DNA of 64,000 nt from assembly GCF_001194135.2 (NCBI RefSeq), contig NC_069008.1:14668041-14732040 (forward strand), given 5' to 3'. The stretch comes from Octopus bimaculoides. Its lineage: Eukaryota. Of the stretch, positions 11,471-24,267 are shown piece by piece. Every line of letters starts with the position of its first letter. Positions within the stretch are counted from its first letter, which is position 1. A program made the position numbers and the translations under genes. The notes beneath the pieces were generated by a model. It searched no databases and had not been told where the DNA came from. It was given only the letters and a program-made list of their open reading frames with translations.

Positions 11471-12288
11471 ATTTAAGTAATTAACAAATATATGATTAAA
11501 CTATCAAATAGTATAACTATACTATATAATATAATGTAATATATAACATAAATAACTGTTTGACATTAAAATGTGCCTCTCACTGAAAAATTTGTACAAT
11601 TCCTTTAATTCTTCAACTCCACTAATATAATTCCCTTCCTCCCAAACTTTTACTTAACTATACTACTAATAATAACAATGACTATAACCATTACATCTAA
11701 AATTATTATTGCACCCATTGCCTCACATAAATAACCACCTTTACATATTCTTAGTAACCATTTACTAACATTTGAACATACACACTTGGTAACATTTAAT
11801 AACTGTCTGACTATTGTTTACCTCCTTGCCTTACATTAATAACCACATTTACACACATTATCAACATCTTAATACCTTTTAAACTACTTATTCAGAAGTG
11901 GTTGTAATTTACTTAGTGAATTTATTTCTCGATACGGTTGTACAAAGAGTAAATGTGTTTGAAAATTGTGGTTTCTTTGGTTTGTTTGTTCCCCAACAGC
12001 ATTTATTTTAGTGCTGTTGACACTGCCGGATTCAATGGTACTGCCCAAGTGTCAAGACCATAATGATATTCAGGGGACAGCTGATGATGGAGGTATGTTG
12101 GTTTGATGGTATGGCTGTTTTTGTATCTGTGGAATAGTATTATAACACATCCTTTTGAGATATATATATATACACCAAATGGAACTATACTCCAAGTACT
12201 TTTTCTTCTTTGTTCTTTCTTCTACGCATCGCTCTCACTTCTTACTACAAATCTCCTCTTATAGATGTAATAATCCATTCTACTATTA

Positions 12289-12335
12289 CCGTCTCCAATG
12301 AAGGGATACATTGGATTTTCCCTGAAACAGCTGTA
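12289..12335 (+). ncRNA. Degenerate hammerhead remnant
   Basis: ccgtct CCAATGA aggga..tccct GAAAC agct GTA; core altered and stem I 3' arm mismatched. Confidence 0.5.
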
Positions 12336-13279
12336 AAACTTTATACATAAAATATAATTCTACCTTTGCCATTGGTCTCTTTATCTTTTATACATATATA
12401 TATATATATATATATGTGAGTGTGTATAAATATACAAATTTATATGTATATATGTGTGTGACTTGCCGAAAAATTTAAAACAAGTTTATATATATATGTG
12501 TGTGTATACAATTTAAATCAATATGTACCTATTTGTTTATTTATATTTGCGTATATATAAGTATATGCAATTTAAGTTAATATGTACCTATTTATTTGTT
12601 TTATATATACACATCTTCTGTATACTTTAGAATTATTCTTAAACTTACATGATACTTCCCCTTCCTATATATTTTTTCAAATACAACTAAACAAAATTGA
12701 ACAGGCATACTTGTGTATGTGAGTATATGCACATGTGTGTCTATGCATGTATGTAGGTGTATATATATATATATATATATATATGTACATGTATGTGTAT
12801 ACACGTGTATGTGAGGCATATATTCATCATCATCGTTTAACGTCCGCTTTCCATGCTAGCATGGGTTGGACGATTTGACTGAGGACTGGTGAAACCGGAT
12901 GGCATAAATTAATATATGCCTATTTATATGCACACCCTATGCTTTCTTATAACTTATATTTCCACTAAAATAATTCTCTCCCCCACTTATAATAACCCTT
13001 ACATACAGCTGAATAAAATACCTTGCTTTTCCTTATACTTACGTAGATGTATGCATAGGCATACAAACGTAATTAGTTATGAGTATACAAAGGTACATAT
13101 TTTAAACGTGTATGTATGTAGATGTACATCTTTGTGCGTGTATATGTGTAATGCACATATTTGTGTATGAGCATGTGCACTTGAGTGTACAGAAATACAT
13201 ATATGTGTATTTACACCATAGTAAGCACATAAATGTGAAACAAGGTGGTAAAAATAGTTTTTTTGTTCCATTCTCAACC

Positions 13280-13325
13280 AAAACTGTCTGATGAACAGGA
13301 ATGTGAAACTTTGAGTAAAAGTTTT
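13280..13325 (+). ncRNA. Minimal type I hammerhead ribozyme with intact core
   Basis: aaaactgt CTGATGA aca-ggaa-tgt GAAAC tttga GTA aaagtttt: stem I 7/8 bp, 3-bp stem II with GNRA loop, GUA cleavage triplet. Confidence 0.7.
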
Positions 13326-13374
13326 TGTGATGTTTTTGCAGCTTCATTAATAATGCATGTATGAGTGTGTGTAT

Positions 13375-13408
<34 letters not shown>

Positions 13409-13493
13409 GCATGTATATTGATATATGTTTGTGTATGTATGAGCAATTGTATACAAACATGAGTGCGTGGGAATGTATACATGTACACCTGTG

Positions 13494-13834
13494 TATGTGG
13501 GTATATGCATAGATATGAGCGTGTATGTATACATGCTGAGATGTACATGGGTGTATATGCGTACATCTATGTATCAGTGTGTCTGTATGCATGTTTAGGT
13601 GTGTATCATCATCATCATTTAACGTTCATTTTCCATGCTATCATGGAAAACATGATGATACACATGCATTCCTTTATGCACATACATACAAACACACACA
13701 TTCATACCTAAGCATACATGCATACAGACACATACACTGATGCATATGTCTACATATATGTACTCATATACACTCATGAACATCTCAGCATGTATACATA
13801 CACACACACGCTCATATCTATGCATATACACATA
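13494..13834. repeat. Fold-back palindrome
   Basis: Centre ttttccatg-ctat-catggaaaa (13629-13650); arms 13494-13605 and 13700-13834 are reverse complements. Confidence 0.8.
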
Positions 13835-14796
13835 TGGTCATTCACGTGTGTGGGTGTATGTGTATATGTATTTATGTATATTTTTATGTGTGTGTGCAAG
13901 CAAATGTAAGTGCTTCTGTGTGTGTATGTGTGTATATATATATAAATAAACTTACCTTATATTTAAATTTCCTCTATAATCTCTATTTAATTTATTCTAA
14001 ATCTATTTACCTATTCTATCTTATCTCCAATCAACCTGTAAACCTCTTGTCTTAACATATAACAATACAAATCATAAACCATATTATTCAGTCTGCTATA
14101 ATGAATCCATAATAAACACGCATAAAACATCCAAGGGTATATTTTTTCCCTCTGAAGATATTATGTTCAAGTTACATAAATTCAATATTCATATTTACTG
14201 AGTATCAACTGGAACAGCTGTAAGTGAAAACGATTAATTTGCTATTGATAATAAACAATTATTAACTTCTCAATTACCATTTTCTTTTCTTTTATATGTA
14301 TGTATATATATATATATATATACATACATACATACACACACACAGAATAGGCTTCTTTCAATTTCCATCTACAAAATCCATTCACAAGCCTTCGATAGTT
14401 GACACTTGCCAAAAGTGTCACATAGTGGGGACGGAACCTGGAACTATGTAGTTGGCTATGCCTACACCTGTTGCAAATTTTGATTTATTGTCCATCAACT
14501 TACACACAGTGGAGAATATTTACCATGATTAAATATATCGAATCCTGTTGTCTAAGTATGTGTGTTTATTTCAGGGAAACATGATCACCATCATCACCAC
14601 AGTTTCAACATCCATGCTTGCATGGGTCAGATGGAATTTGTTAAGTTCAGATTTGCTACCCCTGATTCTGGGCAAGGTAATATTTGTCATAAGGTACTGA
14701 GCTGGCACAATGGTTAGTGGCATTTCATTTTTTTTTACGTTCTAAGTTCAAACTCTACCAAACTCATCTTTCCAGGGTCAATAAAAAAAGAACCAG

Positions 14797-14872
14797 TTTT
14801 GTTTCTAAAAGTGATCTAAACACAAAAAGATTCATACAAAACAAAGGACCTCTAAATGTGAAATGCGATGAT
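14797..14872 (+). pseudogene. About 76-bp ZNF coding fragment embedded in a SINE
   Basis: ttttgtttctaaaagtgatctaaaca..caaaaagattcatacaaaacaaaggacctctaaatgtgaaa resembles ZNF-1 5928-6008 (FVSKSDLNRHKKIHTRQKTYKC). Confidence 0.75.
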
Positions 14873-17800
14873 TATAATGTCATCAACTTGACTTAGCCCC
14901 ATCCCCAAACATGCTGGCCTTATGTCAAAATTTGAAACCATTACTATTATTTAAGGTAGCAAGCTGGCAGAATCATTAGCATGCCAGATGAAATGCTTAG
15001 CAGTATTTCATCAGTCTTTACATTCTGAGTTCAAATGCTGCTGGGGTCAATTTTTGCCTTTCCTTTCAGGGTTGATAAATTAAGTACCAGTTACGCACTG
15101 GGGTTGATGCAATTGACTCCCACCAGATTTCAGGCCTTGTGCCTTTAGTAGAAAGTATTATTACTACAGTACTCCCTCTCTATAATGCAGATGATGGGGT
15201 CCAAGAAAACCAACCACGTTTTATCTGGGCTGCAGATTCACAGGTAAGGAGGGTGAACAGACGATAATAGCAGAGAAATGAGATATTTGGTTTAATTAGT
15301 AAAGTGCACAAACTTAAAAAAAAAAAAAAAAGCATGTTCCTGCCTTTAAGGGTATTGCGAAAGGCTCAGCAAAAATGAGTTATTGTAATTCAAAGGGCCA
15401 GCCTTATCACATTCTGTGTAACACTGAATCTCTCTGGGAATTATGTTAAAGGCATGTGTGTCAGTGGAGTACTCAGTCACTTGCATGTTAATTTCATGAG
15501 CTGGTTGTTCCATTGATTGGATCAGCTAGAACTCGTCGTCATAACTGATAGAGTGCCATGGGTGGGTGAAAACGCATTTGAATTGTTCATTCAGTGTTTC
15601 ATTTATCCTCATTGGGGGAACCATCTTTTTCAAAGATTTGCCCTAAAAGTTTAATAAGCTTTTAGATCACTTCAAATATGTTATATATTTGACATGGAAA
15701 AATGCCATTTTCACAGTAGTTTGTCTTGGAGAAATTTTATTTTTTTGTTTTAGGCAACAGTGTTAATACGAACAGTCATTTCAGGGCACCTTCTGTAGAC
15801 CATGGAACACATTTCTAGATACTTAGCTATCATCAGCACTGGAAAAAGGCTTGGTTGGTGGCCCAACTTTCTAAGTTCTTCTACAGATCTTACAAAAACT
15901 GAAGGACTGCTGCAGTGTGTGGATCTAAGAGTAGAATATGTTGAATAAAATCATAATTAAATTATCTATTTTCTTTTACCCAAGGACGGGAACTTTTCAG
16001 CACCCCCTCATAGCTGCTAACTACATGTGATGCTGTCAGGCTGGAAGAAAATATGTAGTGGACACATGAAAGCATTATTGTCAATTAAATCACAGCACTG
16101 CTTTTGCATGCTTACTAAATATAGTTTAATAAAATCATCCACCCTTCTGATCCACTCTTTCTATCATCTTTTATACTCATCCCATGAGAGTTTGCTTGGC
16201 ACTGCATCGCTATCATCTTTCTCCCTTCCCTGCTACCTCTACCCACTGCTAAATGAGAATCAGCTGAATAGTTCTTAGGCTGGCTGAGACACTCCATAGA
16301 ATGTGACCAAATGAAATTTATTTTGCAGCAGAATCCTTGGCATCCACACACTTCTTCCATCAGGAGGAGGTGGTGGTGGTGGTAATTTTAGTTTTTGAAC
16401 CATCTGTTAATGCATCCTTTATTTCTGTTGGATGGGCGGGGGAGGGGGTCATCATTCTGAAAGCAAGGGTTAGAGGGATTTAAAATAATTAAAATTTTGA
16501 AAAGAAAAAAAGAAATTTTTTCAGAATCATAATCTCTTTTTTATATAAATATACATATATGATGGACTTTCTTGCCTAATTTGGCCATCATTTCATAAGA
16601 CATTAGATGTGTGTCATTGGAGGAAGATTTGGTTCTTATTTCTAGCAGGAATTGACTGACCACACTGAGGTCCCTCACCACAGCCACCACCTCATTAGCT
16701 TAGAGTGTCATCTGCTGGTTGTTGTTTTACAAACAATATTTCTCCTCCACTCATGCACAAATGAAATGAATGCCACAACTCTTGGTCGCTTGTCATTTTC
16801 TCAGTGAGGCCCACTGTCTCACCACTGTCCCAGGTCTTCTTGGATCTGCCCCTTCCACAGTTTCCCTCCACAATTAGAGCTCGGCACTTCTTTTAGCAAA
16901 AAAAGAATACTGGAGAAAGTTGCAATTCTTGTCAAACAAAATTTTATTCCTTTTGTACAAAAAAACAAATACAGTTGTTACTACAAATGACAAAATGTTG
17001 AGAAAGTTTGATTATTATTGTAGGGTTAACTGTTGGTCATTGTGTCAATGCTAATCATTCATTGTGGTTGTTGTCAGCTCGGGTCAGTAGCTGTCTACAA
17101 CAGTTCATCATCCATCCACCATCTCATCTCTGCTGTCTTGCAATGTTTTCTCTGCTGCAGTTCAAAGCTCTCAGTCAAGTAGTCCAGGTGTGCTGAATTT
17201 ATACAAATGGATAGGGCCAGAAAGAAATTTGCCAAAAGATAAGATCATCGTTGGAGCCTATTCTGTGCAAAGTCATGATTGGTCAGATTTTGTTGATCAC
17301 ATGGTTAATATTCTAATGAATTGTGACACTGGATGTAGTTATCTGACAGCTGAACATTCCCACTACAAGTCCTTCTATCATACTCTTTCCTGGCACAAAG
17401 CCACCTCCCTAAACATTACTCTCCCATCAGTTGAGTCTTGTTTTGCAAGTTACTTCATAATCTCAATAGTGCTGGTGCAACATAAAAAGTACCCAGTATA
17501 TTCTGTAAATTGGTTGAAATTAGGAAGGGCATCCAACTGTAAAAACCATGCCAGAGCAGACAGTAGTGTTGGTGCAGTCTTCTGACTTGCCAGCTCCTGT
17601 CAAATCATCCAACTCAAGCCAGCATAGAAAGCAGATGTGAAATAATGTGGCAGTACATAAATGCGTGTGTGTGTGCCTTAAAACCAGTCCTTCTGGTGAT
17701 AAAAAGCACTTGTGGTACCACAAAGTGCCTGTGTGGTGCCATGTAAAAGCACCCATACAGCACCACATAAAAGCATCCAGCACATTCCGTAGGGTGGTTG

Positions 17801-20536
17801 GTGTTAGAAACCATTACTGGAGTCTGACACAGCTCCCTAGCTTGCCAACTTTGGTCAAGTTGCCCATCCCATGCCAACATGAAAAACAGACATTAAATGA
17901 TAATGATGTTGATGATGATATATATATATATGTACATATGCATATATGTATATGAGGCAATCACAACTATTATGGAGTCTAGTACATCTGCACATTTATT
18001 TATTTTTTTTACAGTCAGTTAATTATATGGGATATTTGGTTTAAATTTGTACATTTCTGCTGCAGAGACAACTAGCAATTGATCACCTAAAGTAATCTTA
18101 GGTGCTCTTTAAAACTCAATGCAGTTAGCCAGAACCTGGACTGTAACTGTGTGCTTGTACAGAACCCACCTGGATACTATATCCCTATCTATTCATGATA
18201 GATAGATAGAGAGATAGCAGGCAGACAGGCATTGAATTATTTGATAAGAACTCGTTGAAATAGTTATACAATTATATTAAATTGTATTAATTTGTCTTAT
18301 CCTTTACATTACAGCAATCACAAAGTTATAAGTATGAGTACGAAAATAAATGTAATGATAACTCTGTATGTCCCTCCCTATATATATTCAAATATTTCCT
18401 CGCATAACATTGTTGAATAATTTACTCCAGAAACGTTGTTTCACGCCTTTGTTTCGTCTAAATTTCTTTAATTAACCCATACGTAATGATATGGTCTCGT
18501 AAGTATCTTTCATACCTCTCACACAAACACTTTAATGGCATTTTACACTTGGTTGTTGTGTTGTTAACCTATAAAGCGATGGGATTTGCTCTGACATAGC
18601 ATGGACTGCTGAGCACATTTTATGAAAATGTGACTACCATGCACACCTAAGAAACCAAAAATTGTTAAAATATCTTCTTAGTATATAATTGTGGCAAGTT
18701 TTACATCATCTTTTGAAAAGTCATTAGTTGAACTATTAGTCCTCTTGCATTCTGGTGCTGTATCAGAGCGTTTGAGTGACATTAAACCCCAACAAACGCC
18801 TGTAAATTAAATGCATCGACCTGGGCCACGTTCGTGACCTGTCGACCTGTGCCTGACGGTCACGATGGTGGCCCATCGCGCTTTATGTATTAAAAGTAAA
18901 AACATTAAAATATTTAACAATGTTAATGTTATCAGGACAAGTATGTTTGGTGATGTTCAATCCCGAACTTAAAGTATGAAATGGGTACCGGATGAAGGGT
19001 CTTATTTGGTTAGAGGTTCTGAGTCAAATAGAAGCCAAGAGGATGTTGTTAAGTCCCAGGACAGCTCGGTCGAGTTGTTGTTCAAAAGCGTTTCAGCTGT
19101 GACTGTCACGTTTTCATATACTCAGCGCTTGACTATCGAATGTCTTCTTTTATAAAACAACAAACTGATATTTGACTAAGCATTTCACTACTATTTCTAG
19201 TGTGTCGAACGGACGTCAGTGGCATATATATNNNNNNNNNNATTATAAGTGCTGCAGCTATATATATATATATAAACTGTTACTTCAGAAAACATCTAAC
19301 TCTATTATCCCATCTACATCGCTTTAATTAACTCCATACGTAATGATATCATGAAAATATTCTGGTAAATTTGGGGAGACACAAACACTTTCACGGCATT
19401 TTACACTTCATTGTTTTGTTTAAACTACAAACAAACATTAAAATATTTTTGTAATGTTAATGATACAACTACACAAATTCACATAGATTATATATATAGA
19501 CAGCAATGTATAATCATAGACAATATAAGGATTGATTATATCTACACACATCTATATACTTATGTATATAAACAGATATAGATATAGTCATAGATTTCAT
19601 AACGATCTATATCTACATTTATCTATAAACATACGAGGGAGTACTGAAAATTTCCTGCCTTTAAGGGTGTCTCGAAAGGCCTGGTTGGAAGCCCAACCTT
19701 CCAAGATGTTTTACGGGGTTTAGAAAAATTGAAGGACTGCTGCAATAAGTGTCTGAATCTGAGATGGGAATATGTTGAGTAAGATCGTAATTAACTGATC
19801 ATCCTATATTTTCTTTTACCTAAAGTCAGATTTCTTTGACTAAAGGCGGTGCTCCAGCATGGCCACAGTCAAATGACTGAAACAAGTAAAAGAGTATATA
19901 TAGGTGTGTGTGTGTATGCGCATGTGTATATATTTTTGCCTCCCTGTGTTGAAATTCTGTGATTATTATAAATGAACATCACTCATTTCCAATGTTATGC
20001 AAACATGTCTGGCCATGGGGGAATATTTACCCCTTTTGGTGACAGGAAGGGCATCAGGTCATAGAAAATCTGTTTGGTCCATGCAAGCATGGAAAAATGC
20101 ACCACATCATCATCATGTAGTAGTAGTAGTAGTAGTATCTGCATAGGTTCACATCTACTTTATGAGACATCTTATGTTGTCATATTTTCTCTTGCTTTAC
20201 AGTTCTGCTAAGAGATCATCCCCAGATGAAGAATTATTGCACCAGAACATCTGCTGCCAATTATTTATGGATGTCCATTTTCCACTCTACATATCTTCCA
20301 TTAACCCATATCCACCTTTATTCATTTAGAAATGATTCTTCAAATTTATGACAAATTGTAGGTCTCTTAAAGGTTGGACTCAGTCTGCAACAAGCAGTCT
20401 GGTAAATAAAAAACACATCCACATTGCTTATTTTATTTATGTCAAAGCAATCTCATGATATCTAAGATAAGAAACTGAGCCATGACAGATATTTAAAGAT
20501 ATTTCTCAGCTTTTTAAGAATTCCTCAAGAATCAAT

Positions 20537-21586
20537 ATGGAGGTTAATCACCTGGACAATTCTAACACAACTGTTTTTAACCATATAAATACAGTTAGAG
20601 AGATGGACGGAGATGAGAAAATTGTAGACAAAAATGTTACTGAATATCGTTGTGAGATTTGTAGGAAGGGGTTCTCTTCTGAACATGAAGTTTTCACACA
20701 CAAAAAAACACACACAGGAGACAGACAGTTCCGTTGTGGAATATGTGAAAAATCTTTCAACCAGAAATGCCATCTCGTCATCCATATACGTAGTCACACT
20801 GGAGAAAAACCCTTCCGCTGTGAAATATGTGAGAAATCGTTCACAGATAATACTAATCTTGTAGTTCACAAAAGAATCCACACCGGAGAAAAACCATTCC
20901 ATTGTGAAATATGTGGGAAATCTTTCACTGATAATTCTAACCTTGTCGTTCACATAAGAATCCACACTGGAGAGAAACCGTTTCACTGTGATATTTGTGG
21001 GAAATATTTTGTTGCTAACAGCGTCTTAAGAACACACAAACGAATACATACTGGAGAAAAACCATACCGTTGTGAGATCTGTGGGAAATCTTTTATTGAA
21101 AATTCAAAGCTTACTATCCACAGACGTAGTCACACTGGAGAAAAGCCATATCATTGTGAAATATGTTGGAAATCTTTTGTTAGTAAGAGTAATTTAACAC
21201 AACATGAAAGGATTCACAGTGGAGAAAACCCATTTCACTGTGAAGTGTGTGGGAAATCGTTCTCTCAGAATTCCAGTCTTGTGGTTCATGAAAGGATCCA
21301 CACAGGAGAAAAACCTTATCACTGTGAAATATGCGGCAAGTCTTTTGTCTCCAACAGTGATTTAAACAGACATAAAATTATACACACTGGAGAGAAACCA
21401 TTCAAATGTGAAGTATGCGACAAATATTTTGTCAGTAACAGTTATTTAACAAAACACAGAAGAATACACACTGGAGTAAACATCTTTCATTGTGAGATTT
21501 GTGGGAAGTCGTTTATCACAAACAGCCTGTTAAAAAGACACAAGCAAATACACTCTGGAGGGAAGTCTGTTAAAGACGAGACTTGA
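20537..21586 (+). CDS. Poly-C2H2 zinc-finger protein (ZNF-2), 349 aa, 11 fingers; paralog of ZNF-1
   Basis: 11 fingers; the last six fingers and the C-terminus (HKQIHSGGKSVKDET vs HKQIHSEGKSAEEET) match ZNF-1. Confidence 0.95.
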   Translation: MEVNHLDNSNTTVFNHINTVREMDGDEKIVDKNVTEYRCEICRKGFSSEHEVFTHKKTHTGDRQFRCGICEKSFNQKCHLVIHIRSHTGEKPFRCEICEKSFTDNTNLVVHKRIHTGEKPFHCEICGKSFTDNSNLVVHIRIHTGEKPFHCDICGKYFVANSVLRTHKRIHTGEKPYRCEICGKSFIENSKLTIHRRSHTGEKPYHCEICWKSFVSKSNLTQHERIHSGENPFHCEVCGKSFSQNSSLVVHERIHTGEKPYHCEICGKSFVSNSDLNRHKIIHTGEKPFKCEVCDKYFVSNSYLTKHRRIHTGVNIFHCEICGKSFITNSLLKRHKQIHSGGKSVKDET

Positions 21587-21999
21587 GAAATGGTTCTCTG
21601 GCTAATCTAAATTTATTTCTACCAACATATATATATATATGTGTGTGTGTAGTTTGTGCCCGGTGACTGTGTAGAGATGTTACACATGTTGTAATTCATT
21701 CTTTGGCATGTTCTCAGCACAAGAAACTATTAGTAGCATGTAAAAATATGTATTGTGTCTATTAAATAATATATATATATTTATATAGATTAAAGCAGAA
21801 ATGAAAAGACAAATGGTTTGGCAAGACTTGACAAGGACATTTAATTTAGCTATATGATAAAAAGGTATACACAGTCTCTAACAGCTGCTTCTAGAATATC
21901 TCAACTGGAACATAGTGTTGAGCAAGGATTCCATAGGCTGAGTATCCTGTCATTGGAGAGAAATAGATTAAATATATGTAACATCATCATCATCATCAT

Positions 22000-23520
22000 C
22001 ATCATCGTTTAACGTCCGCTTTCCATGCTAGCATGGGTTGGACGATTTGACTGAGGACTGGTGAAACCGGATGGCAACACCAGGCTCCAGTCTGATTTGG
22101 CAGAGTTTCTACAGCTGGATGCCCTTCCTAACGCCAACCACTCAGAGAGTGTAGTGGGTGCTTTTACGTGTCACCCGCACGAAAACGGCCACGCTCGAAA
22201 TGGTGTCTTTTATGTGCCNNNNNNNNNNNNNNNNNNNNNNNNNNNNNNNNNNNNNNNNNNNNNNNNNNNNNNNNNNNNNNNNNNNNNNNNNNNNNNNNNN
22301 NNNNNNNNNNNNNNNNNNNNNNNNNNNNNNNNNNNNNNNNNNNNNNNNNNNNNNNNNNNNNNNNNNNNNNNNNNNNNNNNNNNNNNNNNNNNNNNNNNNN
22401 NNNNNNNNNNNNNNNNNNNNNNNNNNNNNNNNNNNNNNNNNNNNNNNNNNNNNNNNNNNNNNNNNNNNNNNNNNNNNNNNNNNNNNNNNNNNNNNNNNNN
22501 NNNNNNNNNNNNNNNNNNNNNNNNNNNNNNNNNNNNNNNNNNNNNNNNNNNNNNNNNNNNNNNNNNNNNNNNNNNNNNNNNNNNNNNNNNNNNNNNNNNN
22601 NNNNNNNNNNNNNNNNNNNNNNNNNNNNNNNNNNNNNNNNNNNNNNNNNNNNNNNNNNNNNNNNNNNNNNNNNNNNNNNNNNNNNNNNNNNNNNNNNNNN
22701 NNNNNNNNNNNNNNNNNNNNNNNNNNNNNNNNNNNNNNNNNNNNNNNNNNNNNNNNNNNNNNNNNNNNNNNNNNNNNNNNNNNNNNNNNNNNNNNNNNNN
22801 NNNNNNNNNNNNNNNNNNNNNNNNNNNNNNNNNNNNNNNNNNNNNNNNNNNNNNNNNNNNNNNNNNNNNNNNNNNNNNNNNNNNNNNNNNNNNNNNNNNN
22901 NNNNNNNNNNNNNNNNNNNNNNNNNNNNNNNNNNNNNNNNNNNNNNNNNNNNNNNNNNNNNNNNNNNNNNNNNNNNNNNNNNNNNNNNNNNNNNNNNNNN
23001 NNNNNNNNNNNNNNNNNNNNNNNNNNNNNNNNNNNNNNNNNNNNNNNNNNNNNNNNNNNNNNNNNNNNNNNNNNNNNNNNNNNNNNNNNNNNNNNNNNNN
23101 NNNNNNNNNNNNNNNNNNNNNNNNNNNNNNNNNNNNNNNNNNNNNNNNNNNNNNNNNNNNNNNCTGAACATCTGCCACAAACAAAAACTAACTTGCTAGT
23201 TAACCTGCCTTTGATGTTGCTGCACCTCTTATGTGTCCATAGCTTGCACCGGGTACATCTTATAGAGTTACTACCTACTCCTTTTCTACATACTGAGCAG
23301 GGCCATCTACCTGAAGGGGTTTGTGTTTTATCTACCTTCCTACTTATTAGGATTTTGGTTTTAGCTAGGTTGACTCTAAGGCCCTTCAATTCTAGACCTT
23401 GCTTCCACACCTGAAACTTCTCCTCTAGTCCTGATAGTGACTCCGCAATTAGGGCAAGGTCATCAGCATAGAGGAGCTCCCAGGGGCAACCTGTCTGTGG
23501 AAGAATATTCCTCATCAGTG
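22000..23520 (-). mobile_element. RTE-clade LINE, 5'-truncated, spanning an N-gap, with (CAT)n tail
   Basis: WELLYADDLALIAES...VNLAKTK...CSVCRKGVGSNSIRCTRCKLWTHKRC; 3' repeat gatgcccttcctaacgccaacc and CAT repeats at about 21983-22005. Confidence 0.85.
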
Positions 23521-24223
23521 ATATTATTGTGGTTCATTTTGCTTAGAAAGGGAGGATTTCTCAACATGATGTTCCAATAGCTGGGATATTGTAGAAACAG
23601 CTGTTAGAGATTACGTATACCTTTTTATTATGCAGCTAAATTAAACGTCCTGGTCAAATCTTACCAAACCGCTTGCCTTTTCTTTCCTGCTTTAATCTAT
23701 ACCTACTGGCTCAAGGGAAAGCCACTTCTAACCACTTTAGAAAGGTAGTCACAAAATCACATCTTCAACTGCAGTTCAAACTGAAATTTTAGTGACATGC
23801 CTATTTGTGCACTCAGAGCACATACCTATTAGTTTGGGTACCCTGACGAAAATTCCTCATATCTTTTATATATATATATATATATGAGAGAGAAAGGCAA
23901 TTATGTGGATAAACAAATTAAATATAACACTTTGGGTTTGATATATAAAATATATATGTATATATACATGCAAAATGAGAGAAAGCAAAGACTGAAGACT
24001 TTCAGACTGATTATTTAAGTATAAATGTATAGATATTTATTTTAATAGATCAAACTTACACAGAGTACAAATGACAGAGAAAATTAAAGAGGAGAAGATA
24101 AGATGTTATAAGTAGAACAGTTGTTTCGGGGGCTCAGAGACCCTCATAATGTTGGTAGATGCAGATGCAGTTCACCACAATATGCAGGCCGTAATTGAAG
24201 TGATCTCATCTCTTGATACAATA

Positions 24224-24267
<44 letters not shown>

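Noticed and set aside
12601-14055. ORFs rich in YIYI/CVCV/HTHT (also at 25076, 38303-38717, 50727-51298, 63655)
   Set aside because: Translations of TA/CA microsatellites.
17190-17585. 131-aa ORF
   Set aside because: No recognisable domain; the opposite strand looks like a decayed RTE 3' end and the ORF runs into a known repeat.
22061-23515. Long ORFs of 300-450 aa (also at 2752-3226, 46220-47165, 47234-48384)
   Set aside because: They are read-throughs of N-gaps; only the RTE and CRE ends are real sequence.
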